Shown here piece by piece: positions 1-11,482 of a stretch of 64,000 nucleotides of DNA; positions within the stretch are counted from its first letter, which is position 1, and every line of letters begins with the position of its first letter. The DNA comes from Eledone cirrhosa (taxonomy: Eukaryota). The notes beneath the pieces are model-generated. The model searched no databases, had not been told where the DNA came from, and saw nothing but the letters and a program-made list of their open reading frames with translations. The stretch is taken from contig OZ024741.1 of the NCBI GenBank assembly GCA_964016885.1, forward strand, positions 141,050,001 through 141,114,000. The letters are read 5' to 3'. Position numbers and translations under genes: made by a program.

Positions 1-769
1 CCATGAGAGTAGTACTGGGTTTCTATGACTTAAGTTCAAAATTCCAATTACACCGTTACGATCAATATATATACAGACGCTATTGCTGGTTTTCAGAGGT
101 TAGTTTAATTCTTATCACGTGAAAAGCAACATACAGAGACCTCACTTACTTTGGCCTAACGCAACGGAAGCTGTGATTCAGAAAATGATTTAGCTTATAG
201 ATGAATAAATGCAACACATACACTCCAGCAACAAGCCAGATATATGGTTAGAATACATTATACTATTATTCCATCGCTGTAATATATTCTAAAGCATGCT
301 GTCATGCAAGAAATAGATGGTATGCAATCAATTGTCGTTCAATTTTATTACAGGTAATTGATTAATGTGTGAATAGTGAAAACCGATTGTAGCGACATAA
401 CTGTGAGTCATGCATATCAGATCAATAGTTACAATCATCCATACAAGTATTGTACCATCCCTGAAATGTAGGAATCATTCAAAGCAAACTTTTACATTTA
501 ATCATTAAGGAAGAAGCTTTTACTAAGAGCTATATTTGTTGCAAGTAACATAGCTTTCTCCATGCAAACAATCAGAAATATACAACGCATACTTATTTAA
601 TGACGGGAAAAAATCCATATAAATATCAAATAATGACACACGATAATACGTTCATAATACTTAGTGTCGCACATATGTATTATAAAGCATCATGTTTATA
701 TATTGGTTTGGTATTGCAGCATCTCAACTTCAACACCTTATTCGTTAATGAATAGTAAATAGCATATAT

Positions 770-1025
770 GAAGGTGCGTAGCTTAATGGTTCGGGTGCTG
801 GGCTCAAGGTTGTAAGGACATGGGTGGAAATAGTGGGTTACGTTGACATGTCGACGAGAAATGTTGCATCGGCCTTGATCAACATTAGTGTTGTGGAAAG
901 GGGCAACTGGCTTGCATGGGCGACAGTTGTTTTACCACCAGATCATCTTCCACAGGCTTGCGATTCAGAGAGAATTTTTTCAGATGCAAACCCATGGACG
1001 GTCATGATGGAAAAGAGACTTAAAT
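770..1025 (+). mobile_element. Degenerate tRNA-derived SINE, family B (related to 62275-62577)
   Basis: Head GTAGCTTAATGGTT resembles a box A; body motifs (GCATCGGCC, GGAAAGGGG..CTGG..TGCATGGGCGAC, CCATGG) loosely match the reverse complement of 62275-62577. Confidence 0.45.
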
Positions 1026-1554
1026 AGGGTGATCAAGAGATATGGTATTGTGTTAAATTATTGAAACCCGTTTCCTATCATTTTCAACACAGATATATAC
1101 ACATATGTTTCAAACGAGGAAATCGATTGTTTAAAAATTGATTTTTTTAAAATCACTTAATTATTATATTATTAGCTGTCAATCCAAATATGATATTGAA
1201 TTTCCTGGTTATCTCATTAATATTTCCATTTATATGAATGACTTTTCTTATTTATTTCCCTCCGGAGATACAGCGTACAATCACCTGCATTGAACATTGC
1301 ACAAATGAAACACTTGTTTATGCATTTAGCTGAATCATCGTAACTGTAAGAGCCATGTGATTGATATCATCAGGACTTTTTTTTATCTATTTACTGATTT
1401 CAGTTTCTAGATTGCGTTCACACTGGGGCAATGCCTGCAAGAAGTTTAGTCGATCGTATCCTCCCCAATACTAAATTTCATCGCTGGTACTCTTCTACCG
1501 TTTGGGTTTTTGTCGAATAACTGAATGATAGGACATAAACAAATTCAGACATGG

Positions 1555-1660
<106 letters not shown>

Positions 1661-1964
1661 TAAACACAGTGAGCTGGGTCGATTCTAATACACTCTCTCT
1701 CCCTCCCTCTTTGGTTCTGTCATTTTATTTTGTGTATCCTCCTGTTTCTTGTTTTTCTCTTTTTCTTTCTTTCCTTCTGCATCCTCTCTCAGAAGAAGAA
1801 GAACAACAACAACAAGAAATATGTTGTTTTGAATGCCCAACGGTGTCCTTTCTATGAGTCCATTGTACAAGGAAGAATGGATGCATATAAATATTAGCCG
1901 TGTTGATGATACATAATGGTTCAAATCATTTATTCGAAAACAAAATCCTAATCATAAATGCAAC

Positions 1965-2170
1965 GGCTTGGCAGTATCGGTAGAAAGTCAGACAACACGC
2001 TGTGCGGCATATAGTTACGGTACTTTACGTTCTGAGATCAAATCCCGCCAAGTTTAGCTTTGCCTTTCAGCCTTAAGGGTTCGATAAAATAAAGTACCAG
2101 TAACACACTGGTTTGAATTAATTCACTTTCTGTTTCCCGTCAAATTGCTGAACAGATAAATGTAGAAACT
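1965..2170 (+). mobile_element. tRNA-derived SINE family A, diverged copy
   Basis: TTGGCAGTATCGGTAGA (box A-like), GAGATCAAATCCCGCC (box B-like), core CTTTGCCTTTCAGCCTT..TCGATAAAATAAAGTACCAGT, end GTAGAAAC. Confidence 0.85.
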
Positions 2171-2571
2171 TTTATTAAGAATACATGTATTCCCAGACTT
2201 ATGATCAGGTTCTCTTCTAACCAACATTTCAGAAGTCAACATAAATGTACCAGGAAGTCCTGTATGTAGGGGTTGAGGACTAGGTTTTTCATACATTAAT
2301 CATATGTACTGTAATACGTAACTAATACATTTTAGTTTATCTTATTTAAGCAGTATTATAAATATGTACATAGGCGTGGCCTTTGACTCCATGGATATGT
2401 ATGGTAGGAGGTAGGAGAATTAAAAAAAAAAACGGTTCACATATAAAGATATAAATAAGGAATTATCATCTACCGCTAACACACCAATCACAATAACCAA
2501 AGTGCCACCCCATGTTAGCGTCTCTAACTATTCAGCGGTGGCAAATTTCTACCTACATGAATGCTTCTCAA

Positions 2572-2621
<50 letters not shown>

Positions 2622-2626
<5 letters not shown>

Positions 2627-3527
2627 AATAATGGAGCTGCGGCGCTGCAAATGGGTTACATATGAAAAAGTTTGTCCTCATCAGTGGCTTTCCAACCGTC
2701 GTAGGCATTTCGTCGCATTAAAGGCCATATACCTCAGGTTGGTGCGAGCAACGGCTAAAAAAAGTCGTTGGGACACGTAAATAGGGGGGACGCTAGGGTA
2801 AACAAACAACATGGTTTAAGCAACAGAAAGTGATGAAGAAGAAAGAAACAAGTCCCAGATTTCTATGAATATAAATTCGGTGGAATCGTGAACGAGAGAA
2901 TAAAGACCATCAAACCTGGTTGAAATGTGAGCAAGGATAGAATTTCGCACAGGTCTAACGGAAGGAAGAAGGGGTCTGGTCTGCGAATTCGGTGAACATA
3001 AGTTCTGTGAAGTCGCAGACGAGAGAGAGAGAAAAAAAATTCATACCGGCTTGGCCAAGTGCCCGCGAGAAAAGGATTACGGACAGGTCAAACGGGAAGA
3101 AAGGGGAGGAGGAGAGGTAGTGACAGAGAGTGAGTGAGTGAAAGGTGAGGAAGAGGCTAACAGAGAGAGAGAGACTGCTAGAAAGGGTAAAGACACAAAG
3201 AACAAAACAGACTGGTGGCAGCGGAGGAAAAAATATATGTGTAAATATGATAATAATGGAGCTGCGGCGCTGCAAATGGGTTACATATGAAAAAGTTTGT
3301 CCTTCATCAGTGGCCTTCCAACCGTCGTAGGCATTTCGTCGCATTAAAGGCCATATACCTCAGGTTGGTGCGAGCAACGGCTAAAAAAAGTCGTTGGGAC
3401 ACGTAAATAAGGGGGACGCTAGGGTAAACAAACAAAATGGTTTAAGCAACAGAAAGTGATGAAGAAGAAAGAAACAAGTCCCAGATTTCTATGAATATAA
3501 ATTCGGTGGAATCGTGAACGAGAGAAT
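2622..3527 (-). mobile_element. Non-coding partial-tandem element, ~280-bp direct repeats (2622-2901, 3247-3527), PLE-derivative-like
   Basis: Near-identical direct repeats ~625 bp apart; abuts (TA)n on the left and a SINE on the right; related to 38305-39020. Confidence 0.7.
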
Positions 3528-3712
3528 GTTTCCACTTTTCGCACAAGGCCAGCAATTATCCAGTAGATTACTGGTACTTTATTTTATCGACTCCATAAGG
3601 ATGAAAGGCAAAGTTAACCTCGGCGGGATTTGAAATCAGAATGGCAAGGGCCGTAACTCTATGCGTCAAAGCATGGCGTCCGACCCGCTACCGGTACTGC
3701 CAATTCACCTCC
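3527..3712 (-). mobile_element. SINE family A
   Basis: Reverse complement of the 24017-24200 sequence. Confidence 0.92.
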
Positions 3713-3974
3713 AGTTATATATATATATATATGTATGTATGTATATGTATATATATAAGTATGTATGTAAGTATACGTAATACATATATGTATACAGACG
3801 GACAGTAGAATGTATATATATACATACATGCACACATATATATATGCACGTATCGGTTTACCGAACATTTATTATAATGCTCGGTTTGTTTGTTTGTAAA
3901 CAAACAAACAGCCCGAATTACGCCGTACAGTGTTTAGGCAACCACGTCATCTTTTGTTCAACACTGACACAGGA

Positions 3975-4017
3975 ACGATGTACTAGTTTCAAGCTTATTA
4001 GCTATCGTCAGCATCGT
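3975..4017 (-). ncRNA. Minimal type I hammerhead ribozyme, intact core
   Basis: Minus strand: ACGAUG-CUGACGA-U-AGCU-aaua-AGCU-U-GAAA-CUAG-UA-CAUCGU. Confidence 0.85.
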
Positions 4018-4172
4018 ATACCTTCCCGCCTGATGGTTGAACGTTCCATTTATCGTTTTCGGTGTGCCCGGCCGACTGAACTTACTCGATGTGCAAATTA
4101 GGCTGCCCAGCCGTTAATATGCATAAGGAAAGTATATACTTTCAGACGTTCAACCATCTGGCAGGAAGGTAT

Positions 4173-4215
4173 ACGATGCTGACGATAGCTAATAAGCTTG
4201 AAACTAGTACATCGT
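4173..4215 (+). ncRNA. Minimal type I hammerhead ribozyme, intact core
   Basis: 6-bp stem I (ACGAUG/CAUCGU), CUGACGA, 4-bp stem II, GAAA, palindromic ACUAGU stem III, GUA cleavage triplet. Confidence 0.88.
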
Positions 4216-4493
4216 TCCTGTGTCAGTGTTGAACAAAAAGGCGACGTGGTTCCCTAAACACTGTACGGCGTAATTCGGGCTGTTTGTTTACAAACAAACA
4301 AACCGAGCATTATAGTAAATGTTCGGTAAACCGATACGTGCATATATATATATATGTGTGCATGTGTGTATATATATACATACTACTGTACGTCTGTATA
4401 CATATATGTATGTACGTATACATACATATATACTTACATTTAAGTAACTGCCGTACTAAGAGTGAGAAATGAAATTTCGTTTCATTCTATTCC

Positions 4494-4553
<60 letters not shown>

Positions 4554-5239
4554 AAATGTGGAGAAGGAGCACACGAGTTAGGATACATATATATGAAAAC
4601 AGGGAGAAAAAGAGGATTATAGGAAGAAACAATTTTTTTCTCTTTTATCTGGGTTAGAAAATGACTAAAACAAAATATTTTACTTTGTGTGAAGTGTTAA
4701 GGTATTAGTTAATTTAGTTATTAATTAACAATGGCATTTATTTATTTATATATTTAATAATTGTCTATTACCGGTTTCAGCATTTTTATGCATATGTATT
4801 ATCAAATGATAATAATATGTATTGGTGTAAAATGGTGGTGTTGAACATGTTAAGGAAATGGTCGAGAAAGAATAATGTTATTTACAAATAAGGTTTATGA
4901 AGTGAAAAGAAAAAAGAAAAAAATAATAGGGCAATGTGAAAGAAAAAATAATATTATTTACAGGCATAGTTCTTGAAGATAAGCAGTTCAAAATGTGTTA
5001 ATATAGCAAGAGTGCTCAGTTGATCCATGATGGAGGCAAATGGTAGTCTGGGGTTTTATATGTTTTCCCTTTTTAGAGAGTTAATATGCAGGGGGAGGTA
5101 ATTCAGGGTGGGAGAGAAATGATGGATGGTAGTTAATTTTATAAGAAAAAGGATTAGGTAGGGTGTGAGGGAGGTAACTCTTTAGAGAGACATATGTATT
5201 TGGATTTGTTCGTTCCAGTTTTAGTTTAGTCCGAAGTTT

Positions 5240-7500
5240 AGTGCACTAAGTAGAGGTTGGAATTTTTAATGAAATACGTTTCCTTATTGGTACGATGGAT
5301 GAAAGTAGCGTTGTCTATGAATTTGTAAATCCTGGAAATTTTAAAGTTTGGATGTTGGTTGGGTGCACAATTGGCGATATGTTCACTAAACGCAATCTTT
5401 CTGTATTCCGTATTTTGATTTGTGATTTATGGACATTCATACGTTGTCGGGGGCTGTTTTTTGTCTGTCGTATGTAGTGCTCTTGTCAACCTGAGCAGGT
5501 CAAAACATAGATTAGGTTTTCAGATGCACATGTAAAGTTGTGTTTAACTGTGAAATGTTGTCCTTGTTTAAAATGATATGTTGAACCTTCTATTAGATTT
5601 ATGCATATGCCACAGTTGGGCCTTCCGCATTTTTTAACTGTAGGGTTTATTGTGAGGGTTGGTTGGATTTTAGCTTGTGTGAGGATGTTTTTTATGGATT
5701 TAGGTTGTCTTTTGCTCTTTATGATGTTGTGTGTTTGGAGGATTTTGTTCATTCTTGCGTCTCTTTTTAGTAAAGGAATGTTCTGGAGGATGGTGTCGAA
5801 TGCTTCATTGTTGAAGGGGTTGTGTGTGGAGATGTATGGTAGAGTTTTCTGTTGCGGTTCATTCCTGGGTTTGGGGTGTCTGAGTTCATGGATGTCGAGT
5901 TTTAGGGCACGTTGGAATCCATTGTTGATTAGGGATGGTGGGTAGTTTCTGCTGATAAGTGTGTTTTTAATTCTTCTAGTCGTGTGTAGCATGTGTATTT
6001 ATCTGAAATTATTGTGCAGATCCTTCTGGCTAGGTTATAAGGAATTGCCATTTTGGTACGTCGAGGGTGGCACAAGTTGAATGGAAGGTATTGTTTGGAG
6101 TCTGTGGGTTTGTAGTATATGTCTGTTTCTATTTTGTTGTTTGTTTTCTTGATGAGGATGTCGAGGAAAGGGAGTTGTTCATGTCAGTAATCCATTGTGA
6201 ATTGTAAGTTTGTGTTGAGTCCATTCAGAAGGGTTTTAAACTCAATCAGTCTATCTATACTTTCATGCCAGAGGATGAAGCAGTCATCCAGATATCTCTT
6301 CCAGTTCTTTCATATGTATTGGTAGAAGTGGTTACCGTATTTGTCTAGAACTTTGCGGTAGAGAGTAGTTTCCAAATATCCCATGACAAGGTTGGCGTAT
6401 GAGGGGGCTACTTTCATGCCCATGGCAGTCCCAGATTTCTGTCTGTAGTATTTGGCATCGAATTCGAAGAAATTGTTTTCCAAGATGAATTTGAGTCCCT
6501 CCAACACAAATTCTTCATGGAAGCGCTGTGGAAGTTCACTAGGGAATTTTTCAAGCCAGAATGGTATTGCTTCTATACCTAGGTTGTGTGGGATATTGGA
6601 ATATAAATTGATGACATCAAAGGTTACTAGTAGGGTATGTTCATTATTGAGTGTTGTTGGGAGGTGGTTGAGCATGTCAAGGTCGTCCCTTATGAAGCTT
6701 TTTATGTGTTTAAGCAGAATATCTAGGAAGTTGCTTAGGCGGTGGTTTTAACATGTGGTACCTCTTATTATGGGTCTTAATTTAAGGTCATCAGGAGGGG
6801 GTATATTGATGTAAATGTCTGTAGCTTGCTTGCAGGCCCTGCGTATTACTTCGCTTTTGTGTGTCTTTGGGATACCGTAGAAGAGGCTGGTTCTGCTTTT
6901 GAAATTAGTGATGTAGTTGTATTACTTGTCGGTAAGGCCTTCTTTGTAAAGGGTTGTTAGGGATTTTAGGTTTCTCATTATTTTCTGTTGTGTTTAGTGT
7001 TGGGTCTTTTCATAATATGTTTGGTTTTCTAGAGTTGAGAGTACTAGAGTCGTGTAATAATCTGTCTCCATAAGGATTACAGCACTCCATTTATCTGCTT
7101 CTTTGATTGTTAGGATTTTATCGTTTTTTAGACTGTTAAGACCATTCCATTCTTTTTTGCTTAGGTTTGGTATTTGTTTATGTCTGTGTAGGTGGTGGTA
7201 TGGGTAATTAGTAATGTGTTCGCAGAATTGATCGAGGAATTTGTTCTTGCCTTTTGGTGGGGTGTAGTTGCTTCTATTTCTGGCTATTGAGTCATCCTCA
7301 TTGTATTTGTCGTATAGTTGCTCGCTGAGTCTTAGTTTTCTACAGAATTCCGCAATATCTTCCTTCATTTCGGGGTAGTTTAGACGTTGGGGAGTTGGTG
7401 TAAATTTTAGACCTTTGGAGAGTATGTTGATTTGGTCTGTTGTTAATTCTTTAGAGGTTAAATTAACAATTTTTATTACATTTTGCGTCTCCTGTGTTTT
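5240..7500 (-). pseudogene. PLE-A reverse transcriptase + GIY-YIG endonuclease (disrupted)
   Basis: ORF pieces 6994..7368, 6310..6675 and 5486..5992 plus intervening frames carry the RT/EN motifs in order. Confidence 0.9.
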
Positions 7501-7503
7501 GTG

Positions 7504-9093
7504 TTATATTGTTACCCTGTGTCTGTGTGCTGTGTCTAAAAAATGATTACGGAAGTTGTGGTGGCTGTTGAAGTTTGGATGTCTCTTATGGTTGTATTGG
7601 CTCCTGCTGTTGTTGTAAGATGGTGTGTAGCTGTGGTGGTTGTTGAAGTTAGGTTGTATCGTGTGGTTGTATTGAGCCCTGCTGTTGTTGTAGGGTGTGT
7701 AGATTTGATGGACGTGGTAATAGGGTGAGAAGTTGTGGTGGTTGTTGAAGTTGGGTTGTATCGTATGGTTGTGTTGAGCACTGCTGTTGTTGTAGGGTGT
7801 GTAGACTTGGTGGTAGTTGTAGTAGGGTTGTCTTGTGTGGTCATATTGAGTCCTGCTGTTGCTGTTATATGGTGTGTAGTTATGGTGGTTGTAGTGGTTA
7901 GGGTGTCTCGTGTGGTTGTATTGCCTCCTGCTGGTATTGTTGTAGTAGGATGTGGCTAGTGGAGAAGGGTAGATTAGGGTTTCCTTATAGTTGGTGTGTG
8001 GTTGTGAGACCATATGTGGCATGTGTGGTAGTTGTGTATTTTGGGTTCTATGTTGAAAGTAATGATGGTTGTGGGTTTGTTGTGTGGGGATGTTAGGGGG
8101 TTGTAAGTGTGGGGGATTCTATGGTTTCTCCTGGTGGGAGAGAAGTTGTAGTGTCTATCTTGAGGTTGATGTTTCTCTATTACTATATTTGTTGCTTGGG
8201 CATCCGTGTGGCAGTTATGTGGAGGGAGTAGGAGGTAGAGCGATGTGATGCCTTTTTCTTTTTTGATATGTGGGTAGAAATTGTTTTTTTGTTGTTGTTG
8301 GTTATTGTGTGGTGTTTGGGTGTTGATTGGGTTTTCTTGTTATTATGGTTTTAATGAAGGGGTTCTTGGATGTGTGTTCTTTTTGGAAAAGTGTTTCATA
8401 GTTAGAGAACCAGGTTTCGTTTATTTCCCAACGTTGAAGGGATTTTAATTCTTCCTTATTACAGTCCTGTAACCATAATTTTGAAATATTTTCTTGGGTG
8501 GTGTCTTTGGTTTTATTGATAATTGCTTGATTAATCTCATCGTCGATTGATTTGATCCTATCTTCATTTGTTTGGGCTCTCAATTTAAGGAGTTCAATTT
8601 CGGTTTTAATGTTATCAAGTGCCATTCTTTCCCCGAGGCGGGTTTGTGTCTCGGATTCGTTTGGGATGGATTTAATTTGTAGTTTGCGGGGGCTAATTAA
8701 TGGGGATGAGTTACTCCATTTTTCATAGATCTCCGCTTTGTTATTGTTTTGTATCATCTTCCAAAAGGAGAATTTCCTGTTTTTAAGAGATGTGTACCAC
8801 TCTGGTATTAATTTATTTTTTATTTGGTAAGTTGTAAGTGTATTAGTGTCATGTGTTTTTTCATTCGCTTGAATAGAATTTGTGTTGTTATTCAGGTGTG
8901 TTTTTATTGTTTCACATAAGTTGTCGATATCGTCGTTGATTTCATAGGATGTGTATTCGGTGATTGTTTCTTCACTGGTAGAATTAAGTTTGTTGGTGAG
9001 TATTGACAAATTAGAGTTTATCTTTTGTAGTTCTTGGAGTATCTCTTGATTGATGCTAATGAGAGCGGAGTCTGTTTTTGTTTTAGTAGGCAT
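7504..9093 (-). pseudogene. PLE-A N-terminal region: helical domain followed by N/H/Y/P-rich tandem repeats
   Basis: Likely start MPTKTKTD at ~9093 (the longer track ORF runs through (TA)n); repeats such as QYNHTIQPNFNNHH at 7560-7950. Confidence 0.7.
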
Positions 9094-9156
9094 TTTCTGT
9101 ATCTCGTGTGGGAGTGAATAACAATAATAAAATATGGAGAAGGAGCACACGAGGTA

Positions 9157-9249
<93 letters not shown>

Positions 9250-9253
<4 letters not shown>

Positions 9254-10655
9254 TATTGAAGTTGGCTTGAAGCATTGTGGAATAATAAGTAAATATCTTT
9301 AAATCGTTTGGAAGCCTCGACAATGCAAATGGGTAAATCTCCGGGTAACAAGATCCGGTGGTGGAGAGAGAGATGTAAGTGGGTGTACGTTGAGATGCGT
9401 GGTGTGTATAAGACGTGTAGAAGAATGAAGGAAAGGGTATAAAGGATAAAATAACAACACGAGAGAGAGTTACCTTGGGAGAGATTTAATTGTCCCTATA
9501 TATTTCGGATTCAGATCCATCAACTGGGGTTTTTTTCTGGGGTGGGGGAAAGGTTGTTTGTCGGAAAGGTGCGAAACGCGTCCTCCGCTGTTTGTTGTTT
9601 TGAATATCTGAGGTACTCAGCAGAGCGCGCGTGCGCGTGAAATGGGGTCGGTCGGGCAGAGGTCAGTGGCCGAATGAGGGAGTGGGGTGGCGCTAGCTGT
9701 CAGTCCGTTCTCTGCCTCTTTGTTAAATGTTACTGTGTGTGTGTGTGTGTTGTTGTCTCGCTTGAGTGTGTGTGTGTGTGTATGCGTGTGTTGTTGCCTT
9801 GTTCCTCTGTATTGGCAGTGTAGTATGTTCGTATGGTGCAATGCTACTGTGTGTGTGTGCGTGGTAGTGTGTAGTTGTCTCGTTTGTGTGTGTGTGCGTG
9901 TATTGCTGCATCGTTTGTTAACTTAAACCAGCCATCTCATTTCGCTTCTCTCGGATCGATTGTTTATTTGCGGTTGCAGGCGTTTGATAAAAAGTGCTTC
10001 CTTGATACGTAACGTGCCGACGTTTCTTAGAGTCGCTAGAATTGTGACAATGGGCCTTCCGTCTTTGTTTCCGCATTTGTCTATGTGTTCCCGGAAAGAC
10101 GAGGCCCTGGTTTTAGTGTGTTCCTTGATCCGGATGTGCAAAGGTCGGATTGTGCTACCTATATAGTATTGGTTGCACCTGTCACATTATATCTTATACA
10201 CGACGTATGTGCGTAGGCAACAGTTCGCATGGCGTATCGGGCAGTCTCTGAGGGAGCATGCGTCAGTAGATTTCCCGGGTTTCCTGGAGAGGCATCTTCG
10301 CAGGGAGGGGCCCGAGTGGGCCAGGTGGATGTCGAGGCCCTCCCTCCGTATAGCCTTGCGGATAGCGTTGGTGGTATTCTCGCCCAGGTGTGGCATTTTA
10401 AGGAAGCACTTGCCTTAGGTGCCTCTCTGTCTCTTGTGTCTGGTGTCTCCTATTCTGTCTGTGAGCGAGGTAGCGTACCCGTTTGTCTTCAGCACCTCGA
10501 GGAATCGCTTGGTATGAGTGACACCACTCGCGAGATCGCTGCATCTGTTTTTGATTCGCGCGATCTCGTTCGTGATGTATCCTCTTTTGCCACTGTTAGG
10601 GAGGGCGGACTTGTAGTGAACGAACAGGTCCCTGCAGGCTGCCTTTCGGTAGAAG
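9250..10655 (-). mobile_element. 5'-truncated Penelope-like element (PLE-B), RT thumb + GIY-YIG + 3' region
   Basis: YRKAACRDLFVHYKSALP..NEIARIKNRCS..LKTNGY, VVYKI*CDRCNQYYIGST.R.LHIRIKEH..LRIKEALFIKRLQPQIN. Confidence 0.88.
9494..9529 (-). ncRNA. Degenerate minimal hammerhead in the PLE-B 3' repeat
   Basis: CCC-CAGUUGA (for CUGAUGA)-U-GGAU-cuga-AUCC-GAAA-UAUA-UA-GGG; two core substitutions. Confidence 0.6.
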
Positions 10656-10665
10656 TTTCAGTGCA

Positions 10666-10760
10666 TTTTTTTCTTTTTTTTCTTTTTTTTTCTTTTTCTT
10701 CTTTTTTTTCTTTTTTTTCTTTTTTTTCTTTTTTTTCTTTTTTTTCTTTTTTTTCTTTTC
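10666..10760. repeat. (T8C)n-type pyrimidine tandem repeat
   Basis: Direct read. Confidence 0.9.
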
Positions 10761-11066
10761 ACTTCATAAACCTTATTTGTAAGTAACATTATTCTTTCTC
10801 CACCATTTCCTTAACATGTTCAACACCACCATTTTACACCAATACATATTATCATTTGATAATGCATATGCATAAAAATGCTGAAACCGGTAATAGACAA
10901 TTATTAAATATATAAATAAATAAATGCCATTATTAATTAATAACTAAATTAACTAATACCCTAACACTTCACACAAAGTAAAATATTTTGTTTTAGTCAT
11001 TTTCTAACCCAGAAAAAAGAGAAAAAATTATATTTTTCTTCCTAATAATCGTCTTTTTCTCCCTGT

Positions 11067-11071
<5 letters not shown>
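10750..11071 (+). repeat. Inverted copy of the PLE-A 3' pseudo-LTR (matches ~4592-4920)
   Basis: Reverse complement with few differences; ends CCCTGTTTTC then (AT)n. Confidence 0.92.
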
Positions 11072-11147
<76 letters not shown>

Positions 11148-11266
11148 TATATGTGTATATATATATATATATATTTAAATATATGAATATATATATATAT
11201 ATCGATACATACAAAAACACGCACTCACACACACATATATATATATTATATATATATATATTATAT

Positions 11267-11297
<31 letters not shown>

Positions 11298-11346
11298 GTA
11301 TATATTATATATATATGTATATATATATATATATAATATATAAATA

Positions 11347-11393
<47 letters not shown>

Positions 11394-11482
11394 GTATATA
11401 TGTATATATATATATATATATAATATATATATATGTATATATTATATATATATGTATATATATATATACATATATATATATA
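11071..11482. repeat. Compound (TA)n microsatellite
   Basis: Direct read. Confidence 0.95.

Larger units (their letters stand above)
3750..4497. mobile_element. Foldback element: ~290-bp inverted arms (~3750-4044, 4146-~4440) around a 101-bp spacer, (TA)n on both sides
   Basis: Arms are reverse complements by inspection; ORFs 3715..3903(-) and 4284..4472(+) translate almost identically. Confidence 0.9.
4551..9160 (-). mobile_element. Near full-length decayed Penelope-like element (PLE-A; Neptune/Naiad-type RT + GIY-YIG)
   Basis: KIVNLTSKELT..KGLKFTPTP, IKEADK, LVTFDVINLYSNIPH, YRQKSGTAMG..APSYANLVMG, WKRYLDDCF, YYKPTDSKQY, CGRPNCGIC, NLIYVLTCSG*QEHYIRQT. Several stops and frameshifts. 35-bp terminal direct repeat at 4551-4585 and 9127-9160. 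Confidence 0.93.

Noticed and set aside
2670-2690. CUGAUGA on the minus strand (also ~3304 and ~38433) as a hammerhead
   Set aside because: No stem II closure or GAAA in the right position; a type II arrangement also failed to pair.
10853-10896. SECIS or active hammerhead in the PLE-A pLTR
   Set aside because: 3' arm too short for SECIS helix II; as a hammerhead the core is UUGAUAA in both copies with a weak stem I, so counted only as degenerate.
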